Origin: Candidatus Saccharimonadota bacterium | GTDB lineage: Archaea > Nanobdellota > Nanobdellia > Pacearchaeales > GW2011-AR1 | Assembly: GCA_017609205.1 (NCBI GenBank) | Contig: JAFCEL010000001.1 | Span: forward strand, 270,001-302,000 | Length of the DNA: 32,000 nucleotides | Direction: 5' to 3' | Shown here: positions 15,649-25,374 of the stretch, piece after piece | Numbering within the stretch: the stretch's first letter is position 1 | Layout: each line of letters opens with the position of its first letter | The notes under the pieces: model-generated | The model's input: the letters and a program-made list of their open reading frames with translations, nothing else | What the model was told of the DNA's origin: nothing | Database searches by the model: none | Translations under genes and position numbers: made by a program

Positions 15649-16758
15649 ATGAAAAAGAAAATTTTATTTCTATCTCCTCTGCCCCCTCCATATTATGGAA
15701 GTGCCCTATCAAGCAAGGAAATTCTAGATTTCCTAAGAAAAGACAAAGACTTTGAAGTAAGAAACATAAAAATTAATTTTGCTAAAGATATCTATGAAAT
15801 TGGAAGGGTAAATTTAGAAAAATTAAAAGAATTGAAAAGGAAAAGAAAAGAAATAAAAGAAATTATAGAAAATTTTAAACCAAATGTTATTTATTATATG
15901 CCTGCTACATCAAAGATTGGATTACTTAGAGAATTTATTTTAGTAAGAGAAATAAAAAGACTCACGAACAATAAAATATTATTCCATATAAGAACCCGCT
16001 TGACTGATAAAGACTGGAAAAACCCTTTTTTTAGGATTATTTATAGAAAGATATTCTCGAATCAAAAAGCAATTGTTCTCGATGAATCACTAAAAAAAGA
16101 TCTTCGTGACTTAATCAAGAGAGAAAATATTTATGTTTTACCTAATGCCATTAAAAACAAAATTTCAAAAGAGAGAATGGAGAAGATTATCAAAAAAAGA
16201 GACCTAAAGAAATCAATAAATATTTTATTTCTATCAAATATGGACGAATTAAAAGGATGGTTTGAACTCTTAAAAGCCTGCGAAATTCTAAAAAACAAAA
16301 AAATAGATTTTAATTGTATCTTTGTAGGTTCTTGGTTTGATAAGAAACTGGAGAAAAGATTCTATAATTTTATTGATAAAAAAAATCTTAAAAAACAAGT
16401 TGCTTATGTTGGAAGAAAAACTGGAAAAGAAAAAGAAAAAATCTTAGAAGCATCAGATATTCTTGTCTTCCCAACTAAAAAAGAAACGTTTGGAAGAGTC
16501 ATATTAGAAGCAATGCAATACGGAATTCCTGTAATAGCAAATGGAATTGGAGCAATTCCAACGACAATTAAGAACGGGAAAACAGGGTTTGTCTTAGAGA
16601 GAAATTCCCCTGAAGAAATTGCAGAATACCTAGAGACATTAATAAAAAATAAGAAAAGAAGAATTAAAATGGGTCTTGAAGGGAGAAAAAGATTTCTAAA
16701 ACATTATACCTTAAAGATTTATGAAAAGAAATTTAAAGAATTAATAAGAAATGTATAA
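15649..16758 (+). CDS. GT-B fold glycosyltransferase (GT4-like)
   Basis: KKILFLSPLPPPYYGSA N-terminal motif, and ASDILVFPTKKETFGRVILEAMQYGIPVIA...GKTGFV (E-x7-E block). Confidence 0.8.
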   Translation: MKKKILFLSPLPPPYYGSALSSKEILDFLRKDKDFEVRNIKINFAKDIYEIGRVNLEKLKELKRKRKEIKEIIENFKPNVIYYMPATSKIGLLREFILVREIKRLTNNKILFHIRTRLTDKDWKNPFFRIIYRKIFSNQKAIVLDESLKKDLRDLIKRENIYVLPNAIKNKISKERMEKIIKKRDLKKSINILFLSNMDELKGWFELLKACEILKNKKIDFNCIFVGSWFDKKLEKRFYNFIDKKNLKKQVAYVGRKTGKEKEKILEASDILVFPTKKETFGRVILEAMQYGIPVIANGIGAIPTTIKNGKTGFVLERNSPEEIAEYLETLIKNKKRRIKMGLEGRKRFLKHYTLKIYEKKFKELIRNV

Positions 16759-17971
16759 AATGGTTAAAAGATATAAACTTGCGATTCTAGATACCCATCC
16801 AATCCATTATGCAGTTCCGATGTATAAACTATTATCTAAACATCCAAAAATAGATTTGATGGTGTATTTCCTTTGTAAAATCAATACAAAAAAACATTTT
16901 GACCCTCAATTCAACTGTAAAATCGATAGGGTCGTTCCCCTTAAGGGCCTAAAATATAAATTCTTGAAGAATCACTCAATCAAATCTGCATTTCCACCCA
17001 AAGGCTTATTAAATTTAGGTATCATTCCAGAAATTTTTAAAAACAAGTATGACGCTTTGTTGGTTTCCACTTATCCACCGACTACAAATAAAATTGCAAT
17101 CTTGATTGCTAAGTTATCTGGAACCCCTATCATTCTTAAAGAAGAAATAGACTTTCTTAACAGACCTCCTAAAGGAATTAAAGGGTTTATCAAGAATATC
17201 TTATTCAAGATCGTCCTAAAAAGACTTGATGCATTTCTTTATACTTATACACTGAATGCTGATTTTTATAGATATTATGGTGTTCCAGAAGAAAAATTAT
17301 TTTTTCATCCTTGTTCTGTCAATAATGAATTTTTTCAGAAAGAATATAAAAGACTAAAAAAAGTTAAAGAAGATACTAAAAAGAGATTAGGAATTCCAAA
17401 AAAGAATAAAGTTATTCTGTTTTTAGCTAAATTAATAAGCATAAAGAGACCAAAAGATTTGCTAAGAGCCTATGAAAATATGCCAAACAAAGATAACATA
17501 AGTCTATTATTCGTTGGGGAGGGCTCTGAAAGAGAATGTTTAGAAAGGTATGCAAAAGAAAAAAAGTTAAAGAATGTAGAATTCTATGGGTATAAAAAAG
17601 AAGAACAAATCCCAGATTTTTATAGTATTGCAGATATTTATGTACTCCCTTCAGAAGAGGACAGATCTCCAAAAGCCCTGAATGAAGCAATGAATTTCTC
17701 TCTACCCATAATTACTACAGATAAAGTAGCAACAGCACGTGATTTGATAAAAGAGGGTCAAAATGGATTTATTTTTAAGTCAGGGGATATAACATCCTTA
17801 AGGAAACATCTTATAACATTAATAAAAAACGCGGATTTAAGAAAAAAAATGGGTAAGAAATCACTCGAAATAGTATCAAAATGGAATTTTAATGAAGATG
17901 TAAAATCAATTATTGCTGCAGTAGAATATGTAAAACAAAAGAATAAAAATGGAAAGAATAAAGCTGAATAA
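16751..17971 (+). CDS. GT-B fold glycosyltransferase (GT4-like)
   Basis: LLFVGEGSE...ADIYVLPSEEDRSPKALNEAMNFSLPIITT...GQNGFIF. An alternative ATG at 16760 would remove the 8-nt overlap with the upstream gene. Confidence 0.8.
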   Translation: MYKMVKRYKLAILDTHPIHYAVPMYKLLSKHPKIDLMVYFLCKINTKKHFDPQFNCKIDRVVPLKGLKYKFLKNHSIKSAFPPKGLLNLGIIPEIFKNKYDALLVSTYPPTTNKIAILIAKLSGTPIILKEEIDFLNRPPKGIKGFIKNILFKIVLKRLDAFLYTYTLNADFYRYYGVPEEKLFFHPCSVNNEFFQKEYKRLKKVKEDTKKRLGIPKKNKVILFLAKLISIKRPKDLLRAYENMPNKDNISLLFVGEGSERECLERYAKEKKLKNVEFYGYKKEEQIPDFYSIADIYVLPSEEDRSPKALNEAMNFSLPIITTDKVATARDLIKEGQNGFIFKSGDITSLRKHLITLIKNADLRKKMGKKSLEIVSKWNFNEDVKSIIAAVEYVKQKNKNGKNKAE

Positions 17972-19247
17972 AAGAATAAAAATAAAAGCGGTTACAAAAC
18001 CTCTGAAACACCATTTTTTTGGGTACTATGATAGGTCTCCATGGAATAAAACAGAGAGATTTATGCTAGCTATGGAAGCTAATTTCAATGACCATTTTCC
18101 TCCAAGACCAAACGAAACAGTAAAAATAGGTATAATTGATTTAAAGAATAAAAACAAATTTATAGAATTATCTGAAAGTAAGGCATGGAGCTGGCAACAA
18201 GGTTCAATGTTGCAATGGCTTCCGCCAGATTATAATAGGTATATTATCTTTAATGACCGAAGGAAAAACAAATTTGTATCAATAATATTTGATATTAAAA
18301 CAAAAAAGGAAAAAGTTCTCCCTTTTCCTGTGTATGATATCCACCCGAATGGAAGATATGCATTAAGCTTAAACTTCTCTAGACTGAATGATTTGAGACC
18401 CGGCTATGGTTATAACGGACTTAAAGATAAATACGAAAAAGAGAAATATCCTGAGAAAGACGGAATTTATTTAATTGATTTGGAGAAAAAGAAACAAAGA
18501 TTATTGATATCTCTTAAGCAACTAAAACAAAAAAATTATTTGGATTCTATGGAAAAAGGAAAACACTGGGTGGAACATCTCTCTTTCAGTCCAGATGGAC
18601 AGAGATTTGTTTTTTCACATCGATGGAAAATAAATCAGGAATTATTCCACACAAGATTATATACTGCAGATTTAGATGGGAAAAATTTGTTTCAATTCCC
18701 AGATAGTGGTTATTATTCTCATATTGTTTGGAAAGATTCAAAACATCTCTTTGGATGGGGAAGTATATCTGAGAAATTTGGCTCTATCAGACGTGATAAA
18801 AAAAAGATAAAATTACTTTCTAAAAAACTCCTTCCAATTTATAGAAGATTGATCCCAAAAATAATAAGAAAGAAAATTCTTCCGATACATTATTTTTTAT
18901 TGACAGATCAAACATCTCAAATTCTCAGGATTAACTTACATGACGAGGACGGACATCCTACATTTTCCCCCGATAAAAAATGGGTCGTAACAGATACTTA
19001 TCCCGACAAGAAACATTATAGAACCTTAATTCTCTACAACTTTACTACTAGAAAGAAAATTACCCTTGGGAAAGTATATTCTCTCCCAGAAAAAAAAGAC
19101 ATAAAAATAAAAAGATGGGATTATGTTGGTATAAGATGTGATTTACATCCTCGATGGAATAGAAAGGGGGATAAGATTTGTATTGACTCTGTTCATGAAG
19201 GAACAAGACAGATGTATGTACTTGATCTCTCAAAATTTGTTAAATAA
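17949..19247 (+). CDS. Beta-propeller protein (PD40/TolB-like, oligogalacturonate-lyase-like), no signal peptide seen
   Basis: HHFFGYYDRSPWN, HLSFSPDGQRFVFSHRW, HPTFSPDKKWVVTDTYPD and CDLHPRWNRKGDKICIDSVHEG are recurrent PD40-type blade motifs. The N- and C-terminal blocks resemble the Ogl-type lyase fold. The N terminus is not hydrophobic. Confidence 0.5.
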   Translation: MERIKLNKRIKIKAVTKPLKHHFFGYYDRSPWNKTERFMLAMEANFNDHFPPRPNETVKIGIIDLKNKNKFIELSESKAWSWQQGSMLQWLPPDYNRYIIFNDRRKNKFVSIIFDIKTKKEKVLPFPVYDIHPNGRYALSLNFSRLNDLRPGYGYNGLKDKYEKEKYPEKDGIYLIDLEKKKQRLLISLKQLKQKNYLDSMEKGKHWVEHLSFSPDGQRFVFSHRWKINQELFHTRLYTADLDGKNLFQFPDSGYYSHIVWKDSKHLFGWGSISEKFGSIRRDKKKIKLLSKKLLPIYRRLIPKIIRKKILPIHYFLLTDQTSQILRINLHDEDGHPTFSPDKKWVVTDTYPDKKHYRTLILYNFTTRKKITLGKVYSLPEKKDIKIKRWDYVGIRCDLHPRWNRKGDKICIDSVHEGTRQMYVLDLSKFVK

Positions 19248-21084
19248 AACCCAAAATATTTTTCTTCCAGCACGAATACCAGTAATGAAAAAAAAGTAAG
19301 CGGATTTTGTAATTTCTATAGATGATACCATCGTTCTTAAAAACAAAATTCTTATAAAAATTGAACCATTCGATACTGAGAATATTCTTCTTATATAATT
19401 CATGCAATGAAGAATCTAATTTTTCTTGATATTCTTTTTTCTGTATCCACTCAAGTATCGGAGGTGTAAACCCTTTCTTTTTCCTATATAAAATTTTTTT
19501 TGGAAGAACATTCTTTAGAATTTCCTTCATAAGAATTTTGGTGCTAAAAATAGAAACCTTCCATTTAGTAGGGATTGTTCTGGAATATTCTAAAAGACGA
19601 TAGTCTAGAAAAGGGGCTCTTACCTCAAGAGAATTTGCCATCGAGGTTCTATCAACTTTGGCTAAAAAATTATCACCTAGAGTATAAAACATGATATCCA
19701 TAATAATAAAAGCTTCAACCAGATTATTATCGGATATACTCAAATATTTTTCCAAATTATTTTCCAATAATTTCTTGCATATAGGCGGTTTGTAAAGATT
19801 CTCCCTCGCTTCAGAGTAAATTTTTTTTGGCTCAAGTAAACTCAATCTAATTCCTTCTTTTAGATTTGAAAAAAAAGAAATCTTGTTTGGAATGATCTTG
19901 TATAGAATCTGCCTCAGGAACTTTGGAAAGGTTCTCATGACCCTGATCTGATATGCAAAAAGATATTTTGGATATCCCCCAAATATCTCATCGCCCCCAT
20001 CTCCTCCTAAAGAAACCGTCACGTTTTCTTTAGCGAGTTTTGAAAGCACAAATGAAGGAAAAAGAGAATCATCAGAAAGAGGCTCGTCACAATAATAAAA
20101 GATTTTCTTAACTAATCTTAGAAAATCTTTTTCTTTAAAAGATACTTGATGATGTTTTGTTTTAAGAGTGTCTTTGATTAATTCCATGTACTTGCTTTCA
20201 TCATATCTTCCTTCAAAACCAACTGAAAAAGTATTCAAATTTTTTGTAGAAATAAAATTAGCCATTTGAGATGTTACTGCAGAACTATCTAAGCCCCCAC
20301 TAAGGAAAGCTCCAAGAGGAACATCGGAAATTAATCTCAATCTAACAGCATCCTTCAACAAATCCCTCCCTCTATTTCGAAGAAGTTTTTTATTAAAAAT
20401 AGGATTATACTTTGGAATTTTATAGTAATTATATTTTCTAATTCTTTTATTTTTGAGATTAAAAATTAAGTTCTGACTTGCTTCTAATTTCCATATTTTT
20501 TCATAAATTGAATAAGGAGCTGGAATAAACCCTAAAGAAAAATATAAGTCAATTGCATCTTTATTTAAGTTTAACTCAAGATTATGAGCTAAAATCCCTT
20601 TTAATTCAGAACTAAAAATAAATTTTTCACCATCAAAATAATAATAAAGAGGCTTTTTACCTACCCTATCCCTACTCAAAAAGAATATCTCTTTATCTAA
20701 ATCATAAATACAAAAAGCCCACATGCCATTAAATTTTTTTATACAATTCTCCCCATATTCAAAATAACTTGCCAAAATTACTTCTGTATCTGAATTACTA
20801 TTAAATAGATATCCTTTTTTCTGCAGTTCGCCTTTTATTTCCTGAAAGTTATATATCTCTCCATTATAAACTATTACTGCCTTTCTATTCTTGTGAATAT
20901 AACGCATTGGTTGTTTTCCTTTTTTTGATAAATCTATTATAGATAATCTTCTGTGACCAAGAGAAATCTTGCTTTTTTTGTCGAAGAATTCTCCAACATC
21001 ATCAGGTCCTCTATGCTTAAGAGATTCGTTCATTTGTCTAAGAATTATTTTATTTATGAAATTAAAACCATTTATTCCGCACAT
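19240..21084 (-). CDS. Glutamine-hydrolysing asparagine synthase family amidotransferase (AsnB-like)
   Basis: MCGINGF N terminus (Cys2 nucleophile), HRGPDD, YNGEIYN, the SGGLDSS PP-loop, and LGGDGGDEIFGGY. The glycan-cluster context suggests a sugar/uronate amidotransferase role rather than Asn biosynthesis. Confidence 0.9.
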   Translation of the reverse strand: MCGINGFNFINKIILRQMNESLKHRGPDDVGEFFDKKSKISLGHRRLSIIDLSKKGKQPMRYIHKNRKAVIVYNGEIYNFQEIKGELQKKGYLFNSNSDTEVILASYFEYGENCIKKFNGMWAFCIYDLDKEIFFLSRDRVGKKPLYYYFDGEKFIFSSELKGILAHNLELNLNKDAIDLYFSLGFIPAPYSIYEKIWKLEASQNLIFNLKNKRIRKYNYYKIPKYNPIFNKKLLRNRGRDLLKDAVRLRLISDVPLGAFLSGGLDSSAVTSQMANFISTKNLNTFSVGFEGRYDESKYMELIKDTLKTKHHQVSFKEKDFLRLVKKIFYYCDEPLSDDSLFPSFVLSKLAKENVTVSLGGDGGDEIFGGYPKYLFAYQIRVMRTFPKFLRQILYKIIPNKISFFSNLKEGIRLSLLEPKKIYSEARENLYKPPICKKLLENNLEKYLSISDNNLVEAFIIMDIMFYTLGDNFLAKVDRTSMANSLEVRAPFLDYRLLEYSRTIPTKWKVSIFSTKILMKEILKNVLPKKILYRKKKGFTPPILEWIQKKEYQEKLDSSLHELYKKNILSIEWFNFYKNFVFKNDGIIYRNYKIRLLFFHYWYSCWKKNILGFI

Positions 21085-21186
21085 GAATAGGAGAAAAAAA
21101 AGAAGTTTTTAAAATTTGATATGTTGAATATGTTTATCTATAAAAAATTAAGCCAATTAGTTACAAAAACTTTTTAAAGAATAGAG

Positions 21187-22110
21187 TTGAAAATTACAAT
21201 GGTGCGTGAAGAACTTCCTAATTATCAGAGAATAAGAAATTCCATTAAAGAAAGAGGATTCTTAAAATCATCAATTAAAGCTCTTGAATTCATAAGATGG
21301 GCGGTAATATACTCATCAAGATTAATAAGGTATAAACTATTGAGAGCAATTCTTAGAGGAGACTACATAATAAAAGAAGTCCAAGGAAGCCAAATGATAG
21401 TTGATTTTAAAGATAAAGGGATTTCAATAGATATGTATTTCAGAGGAGAAAGAGAAGTTGATAGTACAAGAGAAATGAAAAGAATTGTGAAAAAAGGAGA
21501 TACAATATTAGATGTTGGAGCAAATATTGGATATTATGCTTTAATGGAATCTAAACTTGTAGGAGAGAATGGAAAAGTTTATGCAATAGAACCCGCACCT
21601 GAAAATTTTAGAGTATTGAAAGCAAATGTTATTTTTAATGATTACAAGAACATAGAACTATTCAATTTCCTAGTAGGAGATAAGAATGGGAAAGAGAAAT
21701 TATATCTTGCATCACATAGAAATCTGCATTCTGTAATAAAAGGGCATCCCAAGGCAACAGGGGAATATATTGAATTACCGATGGTTAAATTGGATGATTT
21801 CATAAAAGGAAAGAGATTTCCTGATTTAATAAGAACAGATGTAGAAGGATACGAGTATTACATCTTAAAAGGAATGAAGAATATTCTTAACTCCAAGAAA
21901 CCTTTAAAACTTTTCATAGAAATCCACTCTAGAATGGGGGAGAAAAAAATGAAGGAATTCTTAGATACAATAGAAAATGCTGGATTTCAGATAGTTTCTA
22001 ATCAACCAAATCATCACCCAAAAATTAGAACTTTTAAAGATTTGTTTGAATATGAAAAGAGGCTTATCAAGAAAAAAACATGTATGAGAGTTCTTTTTGA
22101 GAGAAAATAA
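21187..22110 (+). CDS. FkbM-family SAM-dependent methyltransferase
   Basis: ILDVGANIGYYAL, VYAIEPAPENF and IRTDVEGYEYYILKG are FkbM family blocks. The track start at 21187 is TTG; the first ATG is at 21199. Confidence 0.8.
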   Translation: MKITMVREELPNYQRIRNSIKERGFLKSSIKALEFIRWAVIYSSRLIRYKLLRAILRGDYIIKEVQGSQMIVDFKDKGISIDMYFRGEREVDSTREMKRIVKKGDTILDVGANIGYYALMESKLVGENGKVYAIEPAPENFRVLKANVIFNDYKNIELFNFLVGDKNGKEKLYLASHRNLHSVIKGHPKATGEYIELPMVKLDDFIKGKRFPDLIRTDVEGYEYYILKGMKNILNSKKPLKLFIEIHSRMGEKKMKEFLDTIENAGFQIVSNQPNHHPKIRTFKDLFEYEKRLIKKKTCMRVLFERK

Positions 22111-22114
22111 ATAT

Positions 22115-23794
22115 CTACATTCTCATTCCCTGAAATATTGCTTTGCTCACAAGTAAAGGGTTTCCTGTCTCTTTTAATAAATCCCTTATTCTTCCTAAGA
22201 GCCCCCTAAAGGTAGGATATCTCATTAAAGTTCTTGTCTTATTATCTAGATGCCTCCATTTTCGTAATGCATAGACATGATTTCTTAATGTAAGATAATA
22301 TCTCCATTTCAAAAAGTAAGCAGAAGGCACATGTTTATGTTTAACTAAATCAGGAACCATTTTAAATTTTAAGCCCTTTAAGTTACACTGAATAAAAAAA
22401 TCATTGTCTTCCCCATATATAAAATATTTTTCATCAAATCGAATATTATATTTATCTAAAGTTGATTTTCTCGTCATAAAACAGGTTGAGTCTCTAAGAG
22501 GCTCTCCTTGAATATACTCTTTTTTTAGTATTTTGTGGTGCACTCTTGGATAAACTATATCTGCTTCCTTTAATGCTTCTTTCATTTTTTTTATAGTCTC
22601 ATCAGAGATTTCAACATCTTGATCTTTAATTAACAGTATATCTGTTTTTGCATTTTTTATTTGCATATTTCTGCTATAGGCTGCACCTCTTACAGAATCA
22701 TATCCCTCGATAAAAGTTATTCCTTTTTTTACTTTTGGAAGCGGAGAAGTTTCTCTGAATATTAAGGGATCTGTGATATAACCCCCATCGAGTTTATAAG
22801 GTCTAACCTCCCCCCCACCGTGAAGATTATAATAAGATTTAGTAAATCCATCACAAATAGGGTTTAACTTACATTTTTTACATTGTGGCGGTTTTACATA
22901 AAGTTTCTCGTATAATCTCATAATGTTTTTATCTATATCAAAACTACCAAAGCGAATTATTGAATAAAGAACAACACCTATCCAACGGAGTCTTGATTCA
23001 CACTCAAACTTATGTCTTGTTCTAGGGAACCATTCGTAATTATCATACACCAAATTTAAATGGCCTGTCACATGCTTTTCATAACCTTTCATAAAACAAT
23101 AAGGTATATATCTTACATTAATTGACTCTATTCCCTTGAGAGTATCAATAGCAGATTTAATATAAGGTGCCATAATAGAATATTTTTCTCCAAGTGCACT
23201 TGCTATTTTTTCTCCATATCTCCACTCATTAAACACAATATAGTTAACCTGAAAGGGTTTTAATTTATTGATTAACCTTGCTTGTTTTACCAATCCCTTA
23301 TAATTAATCTTACTAACTGTAACATTAAATCTGAACTTTATTCCAAGTTTTTTTGCATTTTTGATTGCTTTGATTATTTTATCATAAGAACCTTTTACCT
23401 GGGTTATTGATTCATGATTCTCTTTGTCTGTCCCATGAAGAGAAAAAAGTATTTCATTCAGACCTGCCTCTTTTGCCTTTTTAAGATATTCCATATTTGA
23501 AAAAGCTAAACCATTTGTCAAAGTACACACAGTTTTAAAACCAAGCTTTTTTGCATACGCAACTATTTTCAGGAAATCCTTATGGATCGTTGATTCTCCT
23601 CCAGAAAAATCAACCATTGTTATCCCAACTTTTTTCGCATAATCAAGTTGTTTTTTTACTTCATTAAAATCTTCGTCGAATTTACAGGACCTATCATAGT
23701 AATAACAAAATTTACAGCGAAGATTACATTTATAACCCGTATTTATCTTTGTTCTTCTTGTATACTGTCTTCCAAACTTATCAAAGATGCTCAT
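22115..23794 (-). CDS. Radical SAM enzyme fused to a C-terminal GT2-like glycosyltransferase domain
   Basis: CNLRCKFC (C23-x3-C27-x2-C30) and the FSGGEST SAM-binding motif. An auxiliary Cys cluster CKKCKLNPIC-DG sits at aa 305-316. Aa ~358-485 (DILLIKDQDVEISDE, FDEKYFIYGEDNDFFIQCNLKGLKF) resemble the nucleotide-sugar-binding and acceptor parts of GT2 enzymes. Confidence 0.8.
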   Translation of the reverse strand: MSIFDKFGRQYTRRTKINTGYKCNLRCKFCYYYDRSCKFDEDFNEVKKQLDYAKKVGITMVDFSGGESTIHKDFLKIVAYAKKLGFKTVCTLTNGLAFSNMEYLKKAKEAGLNEILFSLHGTDKENHESITQVKGSYDKIIKAIKNAKKLGIKFRFNVTVSKINYKGLVKQARLINKLKPFQVNYIVFNEWRYGEKIASALGEKYSIMAPYIKSAIDTLKGIESINVRYIPYCFMKGYEKHVTGHLNLVYDNYEWFPRTRHKFECESRLRWIGVVLYSIIRFGSFDIDKNIMRLYEKLYVKPPQCKKCKLNPICDGFTKSYYNLHGGGEVRPYKLDGGYITDPLIFRETSPLPKVKKGITFIEGYDSVRGAAYSRNMQIKNAKTDILLIKDQDVEISDETIKKMKEALKEADIVYPRVHHKILKKEYIQGEPLRDSTCFMTRKSTLDKYNIRFDEKYFIYGEDNDFFIQCNLKGLKFKMVPDLVKHKHVPSAYFLKWRYYLTLRNHVYALRKWRHLDNKTRTLMRYPTFRGLLGRIRDLLKETGNPLLVSKAIFQGMRM

Positions 23795-23828
23795 TTTATT
23801 TTTGAATTTAGGTTAAAACCATAAAGGT

Positions 23829-25331
23829 TTATATAATTTTAGGTAAAAGAGATGATATTAATTTCAAGTCTTTCTTTTCAATACCTTTGAATAAAAACAT
23901 TGCTCCAAAATAAACACTTCCTCCCAAGAGAATTTCAAGGATTCCAAAAAATAAATTCATATCCTCTACCAAAAATTCAAATGCAAATAAAAAACAAACC
24001 ATCAATACCGAAGATATCGCGGGTTTTAAAATAAATGATTTCTTTGGTTTTAGATTAAATAATTTTCGAGCGTATAAAACCATAGCAAACAAATAAACCC
24101 CTCTGCTGATCGTAGTTGCAATTCCTGCTCCTAGGATTGAATATTCTTGTCCAAAAGGCAAGAAACCCTTAATTAATACATAATTTAGAATAATATTTAA
24201 TCCTAGCGAGATAAAAATAAATTTAACAAGATTGTTTACTTTTTCCCTTGCCTCAAAAACACTGGTATAAAAACCAATCAAGGAACTTATTAAGATTAAA
24301 GGTGCTAATGCATAAAGAGGAAGATAAGAAACAAGATACTCCTTTCCATAAATTAAGAAGATAAAATATTTTGCAACCATAATTACTCCAAAAACTGCAG
24401 GAATAGTAAATACAAGAAGATATCTTAATGTCTTGGAGAATCCTCTTTCAAAACGATTTCCTTGTATCTGGGTAAAAACAGGCAATAGAAGATTTGAAAA
24501 GATTAGCAAAGAAGATACAGCAATAACTAAACTCAATGCTGCCCGGTAATAGCCGATATAACTTGCTTCCACAAATCTACCCAACATTAAAGTATCGACA
24601 GCTCCAAAGATAGTAAAAGTGATTCCAAGAACACCCACAGCCCTGACATAATTAAAAATCCTTTTTTTATCCACATCCTCGGTATTTCCAAAAAACAAAT
24701 TCTTTTTATCCTTTAGTAAAATAAAGTTTATTAAAAGTGTAAAAAATACTGAGAACATAAGCCCTAAGAAAATTCCTGATACAACAAAATCATTTGAAAA
24801 AAGATAAACAGCCAAGAATGCAAAGATTATCCTTAGAGATTGGAAAGATAATTCGAGAAAAGCTACTTTTCTTAGATCTTTCAAAGAAAGAAAAATAGAT
24901 TGAAATAAAATTGAAAAAGAGTTTACAAGAAGATACAAGCAAGAAAAAAGTAATGGAAAGAATATGGCTGGTTTGTTGAAGATAGTATAAGAGATGAATC
25001 TACTAAATAAAAGAAGTATCAAAATTACTAATACCGTTGTCAATCCTTTTATCTTTAAGAAATACCTAAAATAGCTTCTAACCTTAGTTAGATTATTTCT
25101 TCCAAAAAATTCAGCTAAATATCTTAGAGAAGCATTTGTTATCCCAACATCTGCAAAAATAGATGCGATTAAAAAAATAGATAAAACAAGATTATATACT
25201 CCAAATAATTCTGGCATCAAAAGACGAGCCAAAATAATGGTAAAAACTAAACCACCTATTTTTGTAATCAGATTTATCGCAAAATTATAAAAAGAATTCC
25301 TTATAACTCCTTCTGCCAGATTTTCTTTCAT
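23829..25331 (-). CDS. MOP-superfamily polysaccharide/oligosaccharide flippase (Wzx / AglR-like)
   Basis: 500 aa with about 12-14 TM segments. The N-terminal FYNFAINLITKIGGLVFTIILARLL pattern is typical of Wzx/polysaccharide biosynthesis protein families. Confidence 0.8.
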   Translation of the reverse strand: MKENLAEGVIRNSFYNFAINLITKIGGLVFTIILARLLMPELFGVYNLVLSIFLIASIFADVGITNASLRYLAEFFGRNNLTKVRSYFRYFLKIKGLTTVLVILILLLFSRFISYTIFNKPAIFFPLLFSCLYLLVNSFSILFQSIFLSLKDLRKVAFLELSFQSLRIIFAFLAVYLFSNDFVVSGIFLGLMFSVFFTLLINFILLKDKKNLFFGNTEDVDKKRIFNYVRAVGVLGITFTIFGAVDTLMLGRFVEASYIGYYRAALSLVIAVSSLLIFSNLLLPVFTQIQGNRFERGFSKTLRYLLVFTIPAVFGVIMVAKYFIFLIYGKEYLVSYLPLYALAPLILISSLIGFYTSVFEAREKVNNLVKFIFISLGLNIILNYVLIKGFLPFGQEYSILGAGIATTISRGVYLFAMVLYARKLFNLKPKKSFILKPAISSVLMVCFLFAFEFLVEDMNLFFGILEILLGGSVYFGAMFLFKGIEKKDLKLISSLLPKII

Positions 25332-25374
25332 AAATTATTCTATATTTTATTATTTATAAAATCATAGATTAGAT

